Below, piece by piece: positions 50,924 to 59,959 of a stretch of DNA of 64,000 bases. This stretch comes from Bacteroidaceae bacterium (GTDB lineage Bacteria; Bacillota_I; Bacilli_A; RFN20; CAG-826): the NCBI GenBank assembly GCA_963657885.1, contig CAVKNZ010000003.1:4134-68133 (forward strand), read 5' to 3'. The notes under the pieces were generated by a model. That model was given only the letters and a program-made list of their open reading frames with translations, was not told where the DNA came from and searched no databases. A program made the translations under genes and the position numbers. Position 1 is the first letter of the stretch. Each line of letters starts with the position of its first letter.

Positions 50924-51909
50924 AATGAAACAAAATAGTTGTCAGCAAATGTTTCTGAACCAAGTTTAGTTAAAAATGCATTAACATCAACGCTTTGAGA
51001 AGGCGAAAGTAAACCAAAGCCATTTCGTCCATCTTTTTGAACAGCTTTAACGACATTGGCGTTGAAGCCAAAACGTGAAACTTGTTCATCGAGAGTCCCA
51101 TAAGCATTCATGGTTTCTGAGACAGCATCAGGGTTAGTTATGGCTAACTGAATTGATGAATCTAAATGCGTAATAAATTCTTTTAGTTTTGCTTTTTTCT
51201 TTTCAATAGCGTTATTGTGCACGAATAAACCAGCTTGAGCGATTCCATCTTGGCCGCTGTAGGCTTTCCATTCTTCACGTATATTTCTTACGATGTGAAC
51301 TTTCCCATATGTTTCTGCACTTTTATTGTTCATTACCGCAGTTAATGCTGGCTCAGCGATAAAAACATAGTCAACAACGTCTGTTCCTTGCTTTCCAGTT
51401 TTTAAAACTGCTTGCGCTTCAGTTACGCTAGCCACGTATTTTGCGGTATTTTCGATTTTCCAGTATTCTTTGCAAAGTGTCGAATAAACTTTATCTGGAT
51501 TTAAATTCTGACCAAAAGAATAGACAACATCGCCTTCTTTTGGAAGAGGATAATTGCCTTCTTTGTCGGGAGTTTTTGTACTTTTTTCATTGTCAATGCA
51601 GGCGAGATAGAAATTGCCGGCAGTGATAATTTTAGCTAATTTGTAATTAGCATTATTCTTTTTGATGCTAGTTAAACCATTAACGGCATCGAAAACTACT
51701 GCATCGTAGTCATTTTTTTGAAGTTCAGCAGCAACATTTGTTGGGACGCTGTTGGTTGTGTAATTTACATTGCTTCCTTGATCGTAAAAGGCTAATGCTG
51801 GCGCACCAGTTGGTGTAATGAAATTGATCTCACTATTGTCTTCATTGTTAGCGTTACAGCTAGCAAGCAAGATAACGCTAAATGATAAACATAATATTTT
51901 CTTAATCAT
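50920..51909 (-). CDS. ABC transporter substrate-binding lipoprotein
   Basis: Signal peptide with a lipobox (ILLASC), then a ~300-aa periplasmic-binding-protein-like body. Overlaps both the permease gene and deoB. Confidence 0.7.
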   Translation of the reverse strand: MIKKILCLSFSVILLASCNANNEDNSEINFITPTGAPALAFYDQGSNVNYTTNSVPTNVAAELQKNDYDAVVFDAVNGLTSIKKNNANYKLAKIITAGNFYLACIDNEKSTKTPDKEGNYPLPKEGDVVYSFGQNLNPDKVYSTLCKEYWKIENTAKYVASVTEAQAVLKTGKQGTDVVDYVFIAEPALTAVMNNKSAETYGKVHIVRNIREEWKAYSGQDGIAQAGLFVHNNAIEKKKAKLKEFITHLDSSIQLAITNPDAVSETMNAYGTLDEQVSRFGFNANVVKAVQKDGRNGFGLLSPSQSVDVNAFLTKLGSETFADNYFVSL

Positions 51910-53098
51910 TTAAAAGTTCCTTTATAACTTCTCCAATTTGATTGGGTGATTTTTTCAAAGAAAAGTTCTTTAAAATAGTTGCACCGATGTCGGCAAATGA
52001 ATTTCTTTCTTCTAGATAACGTCCATGTTTAAATGACTTTGAATAACATAATAATGGCACTTTTTCACGAGTGTGATCGGTTCCTGTATGAGTTGGGTCA
52101 TTTCCATGGTCTGCAGTTACCATGAGTAGATCATCATCTTTTAAGACATTAATTAATTCACCTAATCTAACATCAAATTCTTCTAAGGCTTTGCCATATC
52201 CGAGTGGATTTCTACGATGACCATATTCGGAGTCAAACTCAACTAGGTTAACATAACATAAACCTGTAAAGTCGTGATTCTTAGCTTCATCGATAGTTTT
52301 GTCCATGCCATCCATATTGCTGACCGTTTTTTGTGTTTTAACAACACCGACTTGATTGAAAATATCGCCGATTTTTCCGACGCAGCTAACCATGTAGTTA
52401 TTATCTTGAAGAATATTCATAACAGTAGTACCGCTTGGTGAAACAGCTATATCGTGTCTATTTGGTGTTCGCTTGAAATTTGTTGGATCGGTTCCAACAT
52501 ATGGTCTAGCAATAATCCTTCCAACGAAATATTCCGGTTTCATGCATATTTCTCGAGCAATATCGCAGCATCGATATAATTCTTTAACGCCTGTAACTTC
52601 TTCGTGAGCAGCTATTTGTAATACGCTATCAGCACTAGTGTAGACAATTAATGAATTGTCGCGCATTTGTTCAGAACCTAATTCTTTAAGAATTTCTGTT
52701 CCGCTTGCAGCTTTATTGCCGATGACTTTATGACCAGTTTTTTCTTCTAATTCATCGATTAAAGATTTTGGAAATCCTGTATCGGTAAATGTTTGGAAAG
52801 GTTTGGTTGTATAAATACCCATCATTTCCCAATGTCCGGTCATCGTATCTTTGCCAGCGCTGGCTTCTTTTAATCTCATGCAGTAGGCATTAGGATGATT
52901 TACTTTGTTTGTGCCTTTTATTGGTGCTAAATCGCCTAATCCTAGTGAATTCATGACAGGAACATTTAAGCCTCCACAACGTTCAGCAGTATGAACTAAT
53001 GTATTGGCTCCAGTGTCATCAAATTTAGCAGCGTCAGGCATTTCGCCAATACCTACTGAATCGGTAACAATGACAAATATTCTTTTAAATTTTTTCAT
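51902..53098 (-). CDS. deoB: Phosphopentomutase
   Basis: [50 protein letters not shown]. Confidence 0.95.
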   Translation of the reverse strand: MKKFKRIFVIVTDSVGIGEMPDAAKFDDTGANTLVHTAERCGGLNVPVMNSLGLGDLAPIKGTNKVNHPNAYCMRLKEASAGKDTMTGHWEMMGIYTTKPFQTFTDTGFPKSLIDELEEKTGHKVIGNKAASGTEILKELGSEQMRDNSLIVYTSADSVLQIAAHEEVTGVKELYRCCDIAREICMKPEYFVGRIIARPYVGTDPTNFKRTPNRHDIAVSPSGTTVMNILQDNNYMVSCVGKIGDIFNQVGVVKTQKTVSNMDGMDKTIDEAKNHDFTGLCYVNLVEFDSEYGHRRNPLGYGKALEEFDVRLGELINVLKDDDLLMVTADHGNDPTHTGTDHTREKVPLLCYSKSFKHGRYLEERNSFADIGATILKNFSLKKSPNQIGEVIKELLND

Positions 53099-53140
53099 TT
53101 AATAATTGGCCTCCTTGAAAGAACCGATAATTATATTATC

Positions 53141-54013
53141 TTATTTTCTTTTTGCATACAAATCATAAGCACTGAGTATACGTTTGGTTGATATATTTGT
53201 ATATATTTGCGTCGTGGCAATATTTACGTGCCCAAGCATCTCTTGTACAGCGCGTAAATCAGCGCCATTTTCAAGCATATGAGTAGCAAAGCAGTGCCTC
53301 AATGTATGTGGCGATATATTTTCTTTGATTCCGACTTGTTCTGCGTATTTTTTGATTTGCTTAAAAAAGTACTGGCGAGATAAACTCTTCCCGTAACGGT
53401 TGATGAACAAATTTTGGCATGCACGATGATGCTTTTTTCTTACATCGATATATTGTTTTAAATAATCTCCGGCATATTCGCCGAATGGCACTTTTCTTTC
53501 TTTATTGCCTTTTCCGACGACGTGAATAATACCTTTTTCAAAATTTACTTGGGAAAGTTTTAAAGATAAAAGTTCGCTTACACGTAAGCCTGATGAATAC
53601 ATAACTTCTAACATCGCCTTATCGCGCAGACCTTCTTCTTTTTCGATATTAGGAGCGCCTAAAAGTTTTTCAACTTCCTCGATTGAAATCGCAAGTGGCA
53701 ACTTTTTGATGCTTTTTGGCGTTTCTATTTTTTGAGGCTTTATGTTGATAATTCTCTCTTTTTCTAAGAAATTATAGAAATTTTTTGTCGATGATAATCG
53801 ACGATAAATTGTTGATGTAGACAAAAATTCCTTGTTTTGGATTCGCATAAAATCGGAAATGTCGGTCGACAAAAAATCGTTTGTGTCTTGCTTTTTTAAA
53901 ACAATAAAAAACTTTTTTAAATCGTAATAGTAAGATTTAATTGTGTCGTTACTAACACCCTTTTCTACTCGTAGGTATTGGAAATATAAATCAAGTGCAT
54001 CATCTAATTGCAT
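53141..54013 (-). CDS. xerD: Tyrosine recombinase XerD
   Basis: HTLRHCFATHMLENGADLRAVQEMLGHVNIATTQIYT carries the R-H-R-Y catalytic set, and the GADLRAVQEMLGH string is typical of XerD. Adjacent to deoB, like B. subtilis ripX. Confidence 0.8.
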   Translation of the reverse strand: MQLDDALDLYFQYLRVEKGVSNDTIKSYYYDLKKFFIVLKKQDTNDFLSTDISDFMRIQNKEFLSTSTIYRRLSSTKNFYNFLEKERIINIKPQKIETPKSIKKLPLAISIEEVEKLLGAPNIEKEEGLRDKAMLEVMYSSGLRVSELLSLKLSQVNFEKGIIHVVGKGNKERKVPFGEYAGDYLKQYIDVRKKHHRACQNLFINRYGKSLSRQYFFKQIKKYAEQVGIKENISPHTLRHCFATHMLENGADLRAVQEMLGHVNIATTQIYTNISTKRILSAYDLYAKRK

Positions 54014-55206
54014 TTTTTCTTACCTTCCTTTAAAACATCTCGTGCTGTTTTGAAAACATCTTTATTCATCTTTCTATTTAGCTCGGCAATGAGCAGTTTT
54101 GTTGCGTATTTCTCTTTAATTTCTTCAAAGTCATCAAAAATTGATAGCTGAATTGGCGCCTCAGCTTTATCTATGAGATTTTGTAATGTGACTCCAACTA
54201 GTCTCACATAGACATTCTCATCATAGTTTTTATCTAATAATTCAATTGCAGCATCGATAATTAACTCGTAATCATTTGTTGGCTCTTTCAACGCTTTTGA
54301 GCGATTAATTACATTGAAGTAATTATCTTTTAAAACAATTTGTACTGTTTGCGCTAGTTTATCAGCTTCTTTTGCTTTGTTTGATATATCTTTTGCTAAC
54401 GCTTTTATATTTCTTACCAATTCATCGTAGTTATTGCTATCCTCTTTCAATGTGTGGCTTTTTCCAATGGACTTGGGATTGAATGGTTCTTGATTAACTT
54501 CATCATCTCCTTTGCCGTTTAGCCAATCTTTGATGACTATGTAGAATTTTCCAAGTTCTTGTTTAACTATTAAATCCTCATCATCAATTTTCTTTGATAA
54601 ATCGCCGATTGTATTTATGCCTAATTCTTTTAATCTAGGTGCGGTTTTCTTACCAATTCCATAGAATGATTCGATATTTAAATGATCGAGCATCTTATGA
54701 ATATCACGTTTTCGAATGATAGTTATTCCCATAGGCTTTTTGTAGTCGCTGGCCATCTTGGCTAAAAATTTAGTTGGCCCCACTCCGATTGAACATTTAA
54801 GCTTTGTTTGTTCAAATAAGTTTCTTTGCATGTCAAGAAAGTATTGGTTCACATCTGTGATATTTTTTAGTTGCTCGCTCATGTCTAAATAACATTCATC
54901 AATTGAAGCCTGCTCAATTTTATCTGAATAATGTTTCATAAAGGCTATGAATTCATTAGATTTTTGTTCGTAATAGTTATAATCACCAGGAATTATTATG
55001 GCGTTTGGACATAATTTTGTAGCTTTAAACATTGGCATTCCGCTAGAAACGCCGTATTTGCGAGCTTCATAAGAACATGTAGAAACAATTCCTCCTCGGC
55101 CTTCATGACCAATTAAAATTGCTTTATTTTCTAATTTTGGATTTTTAATTTCTTCGCAGCGAACAAAAAAGGCATTTAAATCGACGTGAAGAATTACCTT
55201 GCTCAT
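54004..55206 (-). CDS. dinB: DNA polymerase IV (Y-family)
   Basis: ILHVDLNAFF, SCSYEARKYGV, SIDECYLD, GIGKKT. Its 3' end overlaps the xerD start by 10 nt. Confidence 0.93.
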   Translation of the reverse strand: MSKVILHVDLNAFFVRCEEIKNPKLENKAILIGHEGRGGIVSTCSYEARKYGVSSGMPMFKATKLCPNAIIIPGDYNYYEQKSNEFIAFMKHYSDKIEQASIDECYLDMSEQLKNITDVNQYFLDMQRNLFEQTKLKCSIGVGPTKFLAKMASDYKKPMGITIIRKRDIHKMLDHLNIESFYGIGKKTAPRLKELGINTIGDLSKKIDDEDLIVKQELGKFYIVIKDWLNGKGDDEVNQEPFNPKSIGKSHTLKEDSNNYDELVRNIKALAKDISNKAKEADKLAQTVQIVLKDNYFNVINRSKALKEPTNDYELIIDAAIELLDKNYDENVYVRLVGVTLQNLIDKAEAPIQLSIFDDFEEIKEKYATKLLIAELNRKMNKDVFKTARDVLKEGKKKCN

Positions 55207-55226
55207 AAAACTAGTTTATTAAAACT

Positions 55227-55254
55227 AAAACTAGCATTCAATATTATGTTAACC
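55227..55254 (+). other. Degenerate dif-like site (XerD arm and half the centre identical to dif; XerC arm not conserved)
   Basis: AAAACTAGCAT-TCAATA-TTATGTTAACC. The 17-mer ATATTATGTTAACCAAA at 55241-55257 is identical to 49485-49501, on the same strand. It lies in the 53-nt dxs-dinB spacer. Confidence 0.55.
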
Positions 55255-55259
55255 AAAAG

Positions 55260-57128
55260 TTATAATTTTGCGATTTTATTGGCAACTTGTTCTGGGAGTA
55301 AAGAGAAATCTTCAAGCTGTTGATTTATTGTTGCTTGATCAACAAATTGTTTTTTTATCGAATAACATTTAATACTTCCTTGATAGTTCGATTTAGCCAA
55401 TTTGCTTATTAATGGATTGGCAAAGCCATCTTCAATTGAATATGGGTCATAGATGACTAAATGTTTGAATTTTAATAATTCAGAGACGTTTTCATCTTTT
55501 ATTGGCAACAAATAAATTGCGTTATATATTGAGCAATCAATATGTTTTTCTTCGATAATATCCGCTAATTCTCTTAAATAAGGGCCTACACCAACGATAG
55601 CTAAATCATTGTTTTTACTTTCTTTAATTTTTAGCCAACTTCCATAAGTAAGATTTAAAGTTTCGCTTGTTTCATCTCGCTTAGTTATTGTTCGAGGAAT
55701 TCTTATAAAGAATGGCCCGTGGTTTTTAAAAGACTCTTCATATAAATATTTAGCTTCTAAAATTGTGCTAGCCATAGTAACTGTCACGTTTGGAACACTA
55801 TTTAGAAAGGCGACATCATATATGCCTTGATGCGTCTCGCCATCTGCACCGACTAGACCTGCACGATCAACTAAAATAGTTGAATTGCAATTTAGTCGAG
55901 CTAAATCATGGGAAATCTCATCGTAAGCACGCTGCATAAATGTCGAATAAATGCTGATAATTGGATGAATTCCATCGCATGCAAGGGCGCTAGCTAATGT
56001 AAAGGCATGCTCTTCAGCGATGCCAACATCAACGCAGCGAGCTTTGTATGCTTGGAAGACATCATCTAGACCAGCGCCTTTGATAGTTGCTGGAACGATT
56101 AAATATCCGTTTTTATGTTCTTCCATCATATTCATAGTCAAATCGGCATAAATATGCGACCACGAATTAAAACCAGGATGAAGGTTTATTGGTTCACCAG
56201 TTTCAATTTCAAAGGGAGTCACTCCATGCCAATAGCCATTGGAATCATTTTCAGCTTTTTTATAGCCTTTGCCTTTAACGGTACATGTATGGATAATTAC
56301 AGACTTAGTCGTATTTTTCGCACGTTTTATAGCTTTTTCAATAGCTTTTATATTGTGACCATCAATTGGACCAACATAGGCAAAGCCCATTTTGTCAAAA
56401 ATTGTAACAGGTACTAATTTACGTTTGATCCAATTTTTAAAACGGCGAGTTACTGAATAAAGTTTTTTTCCAATTTTTGTTTTAAAAGTAAAGTGTTGGT
56501 AGGCTTTTTTGATGCGATTATAGCCATATGCTGTTGAAATACGCGAGAACAGTTTGCCAAAGGCACCAGTAGGCTTTGAAATAGACATTCCATTGTCATT
56601 TAAGAAAATAATGATTTTATGGGAGCTTCCAGCCACGTTATTTAATCCTTCAACTGCTAAGCCTGAGACTATGGAAGCATCTCCGATAAAGGCAATTACA
56701 TCGTAATTTTCGTGCTTTAAATCGCGAGCGATAGCAAAGCCATTTGCGGCGCTTATAGAAGTCGATGAATGCCCGGCTTCGTAGCAATCATAGATAGATT
56801 CATCTCTTTTTTGGAAACCAGAAATTCCGTCTTTTTGTCTTAAAGTATCAAGACTTCTTCCGGTGAGTATCTTATATGTGTAACATTGATGGCCAACATC
56901 AAAGATAATCTTATCTTTTTTAAAATCGAAAAGACGACATAAAGCAATGATTGATTCAACTGTTCCTAAGTTGCTTGAAAGATGTCCGCCATTATGGCTG
57001 GTAATTTGTAAAATATAATCGCGAATATCATCTGATAATTCATTGAGTTCTTTATAAGTCAATTTGCTTAAAAAATCCGGTGATTGGATATTATTTAAAT
57101 CAAATTTTTTGACTTGTTTTTTTGACAT
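55260..57128 (-). CDS. dxs: 1-deoxy-D-xylulose-5-phosphate synthase (MEP pathway)
   Basis: GGHLSSNLG, FDVGHQCY, GDASIVSGLAVEGLN, AEEHA. Confidence 0.96.
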   Translation of the reverse strand: MSKKQVKKFDLNNIQSPDFLSKLTYKELNELSDDIRDYILQITSHNGGHLSSNLGTVESIIALCRLFDFKKDKIIFDVGHQCYTYKILTGRSLDTLRQKDGISGFQKRDESIYDCYEAGHSSTSISAANGFAIARDLKHENYDVIAFIGDASIVSGLAVEGLNNVAGSSHKIIIFLNDNGMSISKPTGAFGKLFSRISTAYGYNRIKKAYQHFTFKTKIGKKLYSVTRRFKNWIKRKLVPVTIFDKMGFAYVGPIDGHNIKAIEKAIKRAKNTTKSVIIHTCTVKGKGYKKAENDSNGYWHGVTPFEIETGEPINLHPGFNSWSHIYADLTMNMMEEHKNGYLIVPATIKGAGLDDVFQAYKARCVDVGIAEEHAFTLASALACDGIHPIISIYSTFMQRAYDEISHDLARLNCNSTILVDRAGLVGADGETHQGIYDVAFLNSVPNVTVTMASTILEAKYLYEESFKNHGPFFIRIPRTITKRDETSETLNLTYGSWLKIKESKNNDLAIVGVGPYLRELADIIEEKHIDCSIYNAIYLLPIKDENVSELLKFKHLVIYDPYSIEDGFANPLISKLAKSNYQGSIKCYSIKKQFVDQATINQQLEDFSLLPEQVANKIAKL

Positions 57129-57134
57129 ATTTTA

Positions 57135-57161
57135 ACTAATAAACTACTAATTTTTAACTAT
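57135..57161 (+). repeat. Phased pentamer repeat, copy C (ACTAA-N6-ACTAA-N6-ACTAT)
   Basis: ACTAAtaaactACTAAtttttaACTAT fills the xseB-dxs spacer. The ACTAT unit overlaps the xseB TAG stop codon (minus strand). Confidence 0.75.
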
Positions 57162-57364
57162 TTATCTTCACTACTATCTTTAGATAGTTTTTCAATTTTT
57201 TCCTCTGCATCTTTAAACGCCTTTTCTAAAGCTTTTATTAGCTTCTTTCCTTCTTCGTAATAGCTCATGCACTTCTCTAATGGAAGAGTCTCATTTTCTA
57301 ATATATTCACTATTTCATCTAATCGTTTGATTGATTTTTCAATATCTAGTTTCTCTACTGGCAT
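57158..57364 (-). CDS. xseB: Exodeoxyribonuclease VII small subunit
   Basis: 68 aa with SIKRLDEIVNILENETLPLEKCMSYYEEGKKL, a typical XseB helical hairpin. Follows xseA. Confidence 0.9.
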   Translation of the reverse strand: MPVEKLDIEKSIKRLDEIVNILENETLPLEKCMSYYEEGKKLIKALEKAFKDAEEKIEKLSKDSSEDK

Positions 57365-57368
57365 TTCG

Positions 57369-58574
57369 CTATTCCTCCTTTGATAGAACTTTGCTTTTAA
57401 CTATTCCATCACTTAGTTTTAAACTAAGTGTATCGTTTATCTTTAATTGTTTTACGCTTTTTATAATTATACCATCGACATTTTCGACAATAGAATAACC
57501 ACGATTAAGTGTATTATTAACCGATAATGTTTCTAGCCTAGTGGTTAAAGATTTTAGCTGAGCTAAATTTAGATCGTATCGATGTTTTATTAATAAATCT
57601 AATTTATTATTTAGCAAATTCATGCGTTCTAATTTATCTTTGTAAATTAATTTTGGTTCTTGGAAATATTTATAACGTTTAATGGTTTCTAAATAGGTTT
57701 TATAATTGACTAATTTGTTTTCCATCACCGTATCTAATCTTTCGTTTGAATCGGTTAATTTCTGATATATTTCTCGTTTATCAAATGTGGCTAATTCGGC
57801 GGCCCCTGTTGGAGTTGAGGCTCTTAAATCCGCTACATAATCTAATAACGTATAGTCGATTTCGTGTCCAACTGCAGAGATAACTGGCATATCTAGTTTT
57901 GCGACTTCACGAATAAATTCTTCATCGTTAAATGCACTTAAATCTTCGCTTGCTCCGCCACCTCGACCGATGATTAGAGTATCTAAATTGCTTTCTTTTG
58001 CCTTTTTAACGGCCTTTATAAGCTCTTTTGGAGCCCCTTCGCCTTGCACCATGCTCTCAATTAAAACGATGTCTAATAACGGGTTTCTACGCAAAAGATT
58101 TGTTTTGATGTCAGACATTGCTGCACTTTTTGGGGCGGATATAACGCCGATACGTTTGGCGAAAATATTGACTTTTTTCTTTCTTGATTCATCAAATAAG
58201 CCTTCACTAGCAAGTTTCTTCTTAAGAAGTTCTAGTTCTAATAGTTGAGCTCCTTTGCCGTATAGTTCCATTGTTTCGGCGTATATTTGATATTCTCCTC
58301 TTGCAGGATAGACGCTTATTCTACCGCTTACTATTACTTCATCGCCAGTTTTAAAATTGTTAGTCAATCTTCTTGCGTAATCATAAAACATCACAGCTTT
58401 TAAAGAAGATGCATCATCTTTTAAGGTAAAGTAAATGTGACCGTTTGGATATTGCTTATAATTAGAAATTTCGCCTCGAATCGATATTTTTCGTAAAACA
58501 AAATTACTATCAAACATATTTTTGATGTAATTATTCAATGTCGAGACTGTAAAAGTATTATTTTCGATATTCAT
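57369..58574 (-). CDS. xseA: Exodeoxyribonuclease VII large subunit
   Basis: N-terminal OB fold (ISIRGEISNYKQYPNGHIYFTLKD), GVISAPKSAA, IIGRGGGS, AVGHEID. Confidence 0.93.
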   Translation of the reverse strand: MNIENNTFTVSTLNNYIKNMFDSNFVLRKISIRGEISNYKQYPNGHIYFTLKDDASSLKAVMFYDYARRLTNNFKTGDEVIVSGRISVYPARGEYQIYAETMELYGKGAQLLELELLKKKLASEGLFDESRKKKVNIFAKRIGVISAPKSAAMSDIKTNLLRRNPLLDIVLIESMVQGEGAPKELIKAVKKAKESNLDTLIIGRGGGASEDLSAFNDEEFIREVAKLDMPVISAVGHEIDYTLLDYVADLRASTPTGAAELATFDKREIYQKLTDSNERLDTVMENKLVNYKTYLETIKRYKYFQEPKLIYKDKLERMNLLNNKLDLLIKHRYDLNLAQLKSLTTRLETLSVNNTLNRGYSIVENVDGIIIKSVKQLKINDTLSLKLSDGIVKSKVLSKEE

Positions 58575-58999
58575 AAAACTTTATCTAAAATAGCATTTAC
58601 AAATTTGTAATCATCCTTATCTAGGTATTTTTTGCTTAGTATAACCGCGGTATTAATAACCACATTTTTATCAGATTCCTTTATGAGCTTGTAATTTGTG
58701 TAGCTCATGAGCAAGATGGCTTTTTCTAAATTATTCAATCGAGAAAAGTTCCATTTTGGCATGTTAGCTTGATAAATGGGAATTATTTCGTTGATATGTG
58801 ATAAGGATTTAACAACAAGAGAACGAGAAAAAAGTGGTATTTCATCAAAATTCATATCAAAAATACCTTCCATCAATGTTTCGACCGAAAATTGCTCGTT
58901 CATTAAACTGTATATTAAGGCATCATAGATGCACATCATCGAAAGTTTTTGTTCTTCATTTCTACTTATTATCTTCTTTTCCACTGGCAATAACCTCAC
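58571..58999 (-). CDS. nusB: Transcription antitermination factor NusB
   Basis: Small helical protein directly upstream of xseA, as in Bacillus (nusB-folD-xseA). Start is uncertain: GTG at 58999, or GTG at 58984 preceded by GAGG. Confidence 0.7.
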   Translation of the reverse strand: MRLLPVEKKIISRNEEQKLSMMCIYDALIYSLMNEQFSVETLMEGIFDMNFDEIPLFSRSLVVKSLSHINEIIPIYQANMPKWNFSRLNNLEKAILLMSYTNYKLIKESDKNVVINTAVILSKKYLDKDDYKFVNAILDKVL

Positions 59000-59597
59000 T
59001 TTCGATTTCTTCGTCTAATTTTAAAACTTTTTTGCCTTTAAATGTTACTTCAATGTGAACCACATTGTAATATTCAATAATTGCTAAAATACAGGCGCCT
59101 AAAATAAGAGCGTGACTTGCTAATGTAAATGCGTAATTAGTCCAATAAAATGGAATAATTCCGAAAGAATATATGAAAAACATTAAAGCAAAATCTAGCG
59201 CATATAATCCGCTTCCTAATAAAAGCACCCACTTCTTACCTCGCGATGCGTAAAAGCCCATAAAGGCGAAAGCTACGCTTAAGAGTAAACCAATCAAAAT
59301 AATTATAAAATTAACCGCTATCCCCATATTCGCTCTTAATAGAGCGTTATTGATCAATTGCTGCAAGGAATAGGATAATGAATAACCGCTTTTTGGCCAA
59401 TAATAAGATAAACCCGCAATGATGTTGTCTTCATTCATGCGATAAGTTGCTACTTGAACGATGCCAATTATCAATGAAAAGATATTAAGAATTCCTGACC
59501 ATAAAAGAAAAATCGAAGATTTTTGATATAATCTAACGGCTTTATTATGTGCCTCCAAATAGGTTATAGGCCTCTTTCCTCGATTTTTAGTTTTCAT
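58962..59597 (-). CDS. Hypothetical membrane protein (211 aa)
   Basis: Five hydrophobic helices and a charged C-terminal tail. Sits between the asp23-like gene and nusB. Confidence 0.55.
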   Translation of the reverse strand: MKTKNRGKRPITYLEAHNKAVRLYQKSSIFLLWSGILNIFSLIIGIVQVATYRMNEDNIIAGLSYYWPKSGYSLSYSLQQLINNALLRANMGIAVNFIIILIGLLLSVAFAFMGFYASRGKKWVLLLGSGLYALDFALMFFIYSFGIIPFYWTNYAFTLASHALILGACILAIIEYYNVVHIEVTFKGKKVLKLDEEIESEVIASGKEDNK

Positions 59598-59599
59598 TT

Positions 59600-59944
59600 T
59601 TAAGATATAGAATCAACTTTAATTTGAATGTTAAAAGGTACTGATTCAGTATAAGCGAGCAAGGATTGAGCTATCTCTTCTTGTATGGCTAAACATGCTT
59701 TGCTCACATCGGCTCCTTTTTTAATAGTAATTGTTACTTTAATTTCGACTTGACCATTTGAGTGAAATGTCACTTTTACTGGGTGATAAAGCTTCTCTAA
59801 AAGACGAATTTTTCCTTTTGCAGTTGAACCTTTGCTACCTAATACACGATTAGTCGCCTCGATTGCTATGTCTTCAAAAACTCTACGAGATATCGCAATT
59901 TGACCATCTTTAGAGCAATTTTTGATGTAGATATAATCTGCCAT
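59600..59944 (-). CDS. Asp23/Gls24-family (alkaline shock protein) protein
   Basis: IAISRRVFEDIAIEATNRVLG... and a size of 114 aa. Equivalent position to B. subtilis yqhY upstream of nusB. The SD is GGGAG. Confidence 0.8.
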   Translation of the reverse strand: MADYIYIKNCSKDGQIAISRRVFEDIAIEATNRVLGSKGSTAKGKIRLLEKLYHPVKVTFHSNGQVEIKVTITIKKGADVSKACLAIQEEIAQSLLAYTESVPFNIQIKVDSIS

Positions 59945-59959
59945 TTTTTAACTCCCTAC

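Noticed and set aside
55207-55259. A LexA/SOS box upstream of dinB.
   Set aside because: No GAAC-N4-GTTC (Cheo-box) type sequence is present on either strand of the spacer.
55246-55323. A 25-codon + strand ORF starting inside the dif-like site (MLTKSYNFAILLATCSGSKEKSSSC) with a lipobox-like LATC.
   Set aside because: It lies antisense to the 3' end of dxs, has no SD or promoter, and the matching ATG at the true dif site gives only 5 codons. This is most likely coincidence.
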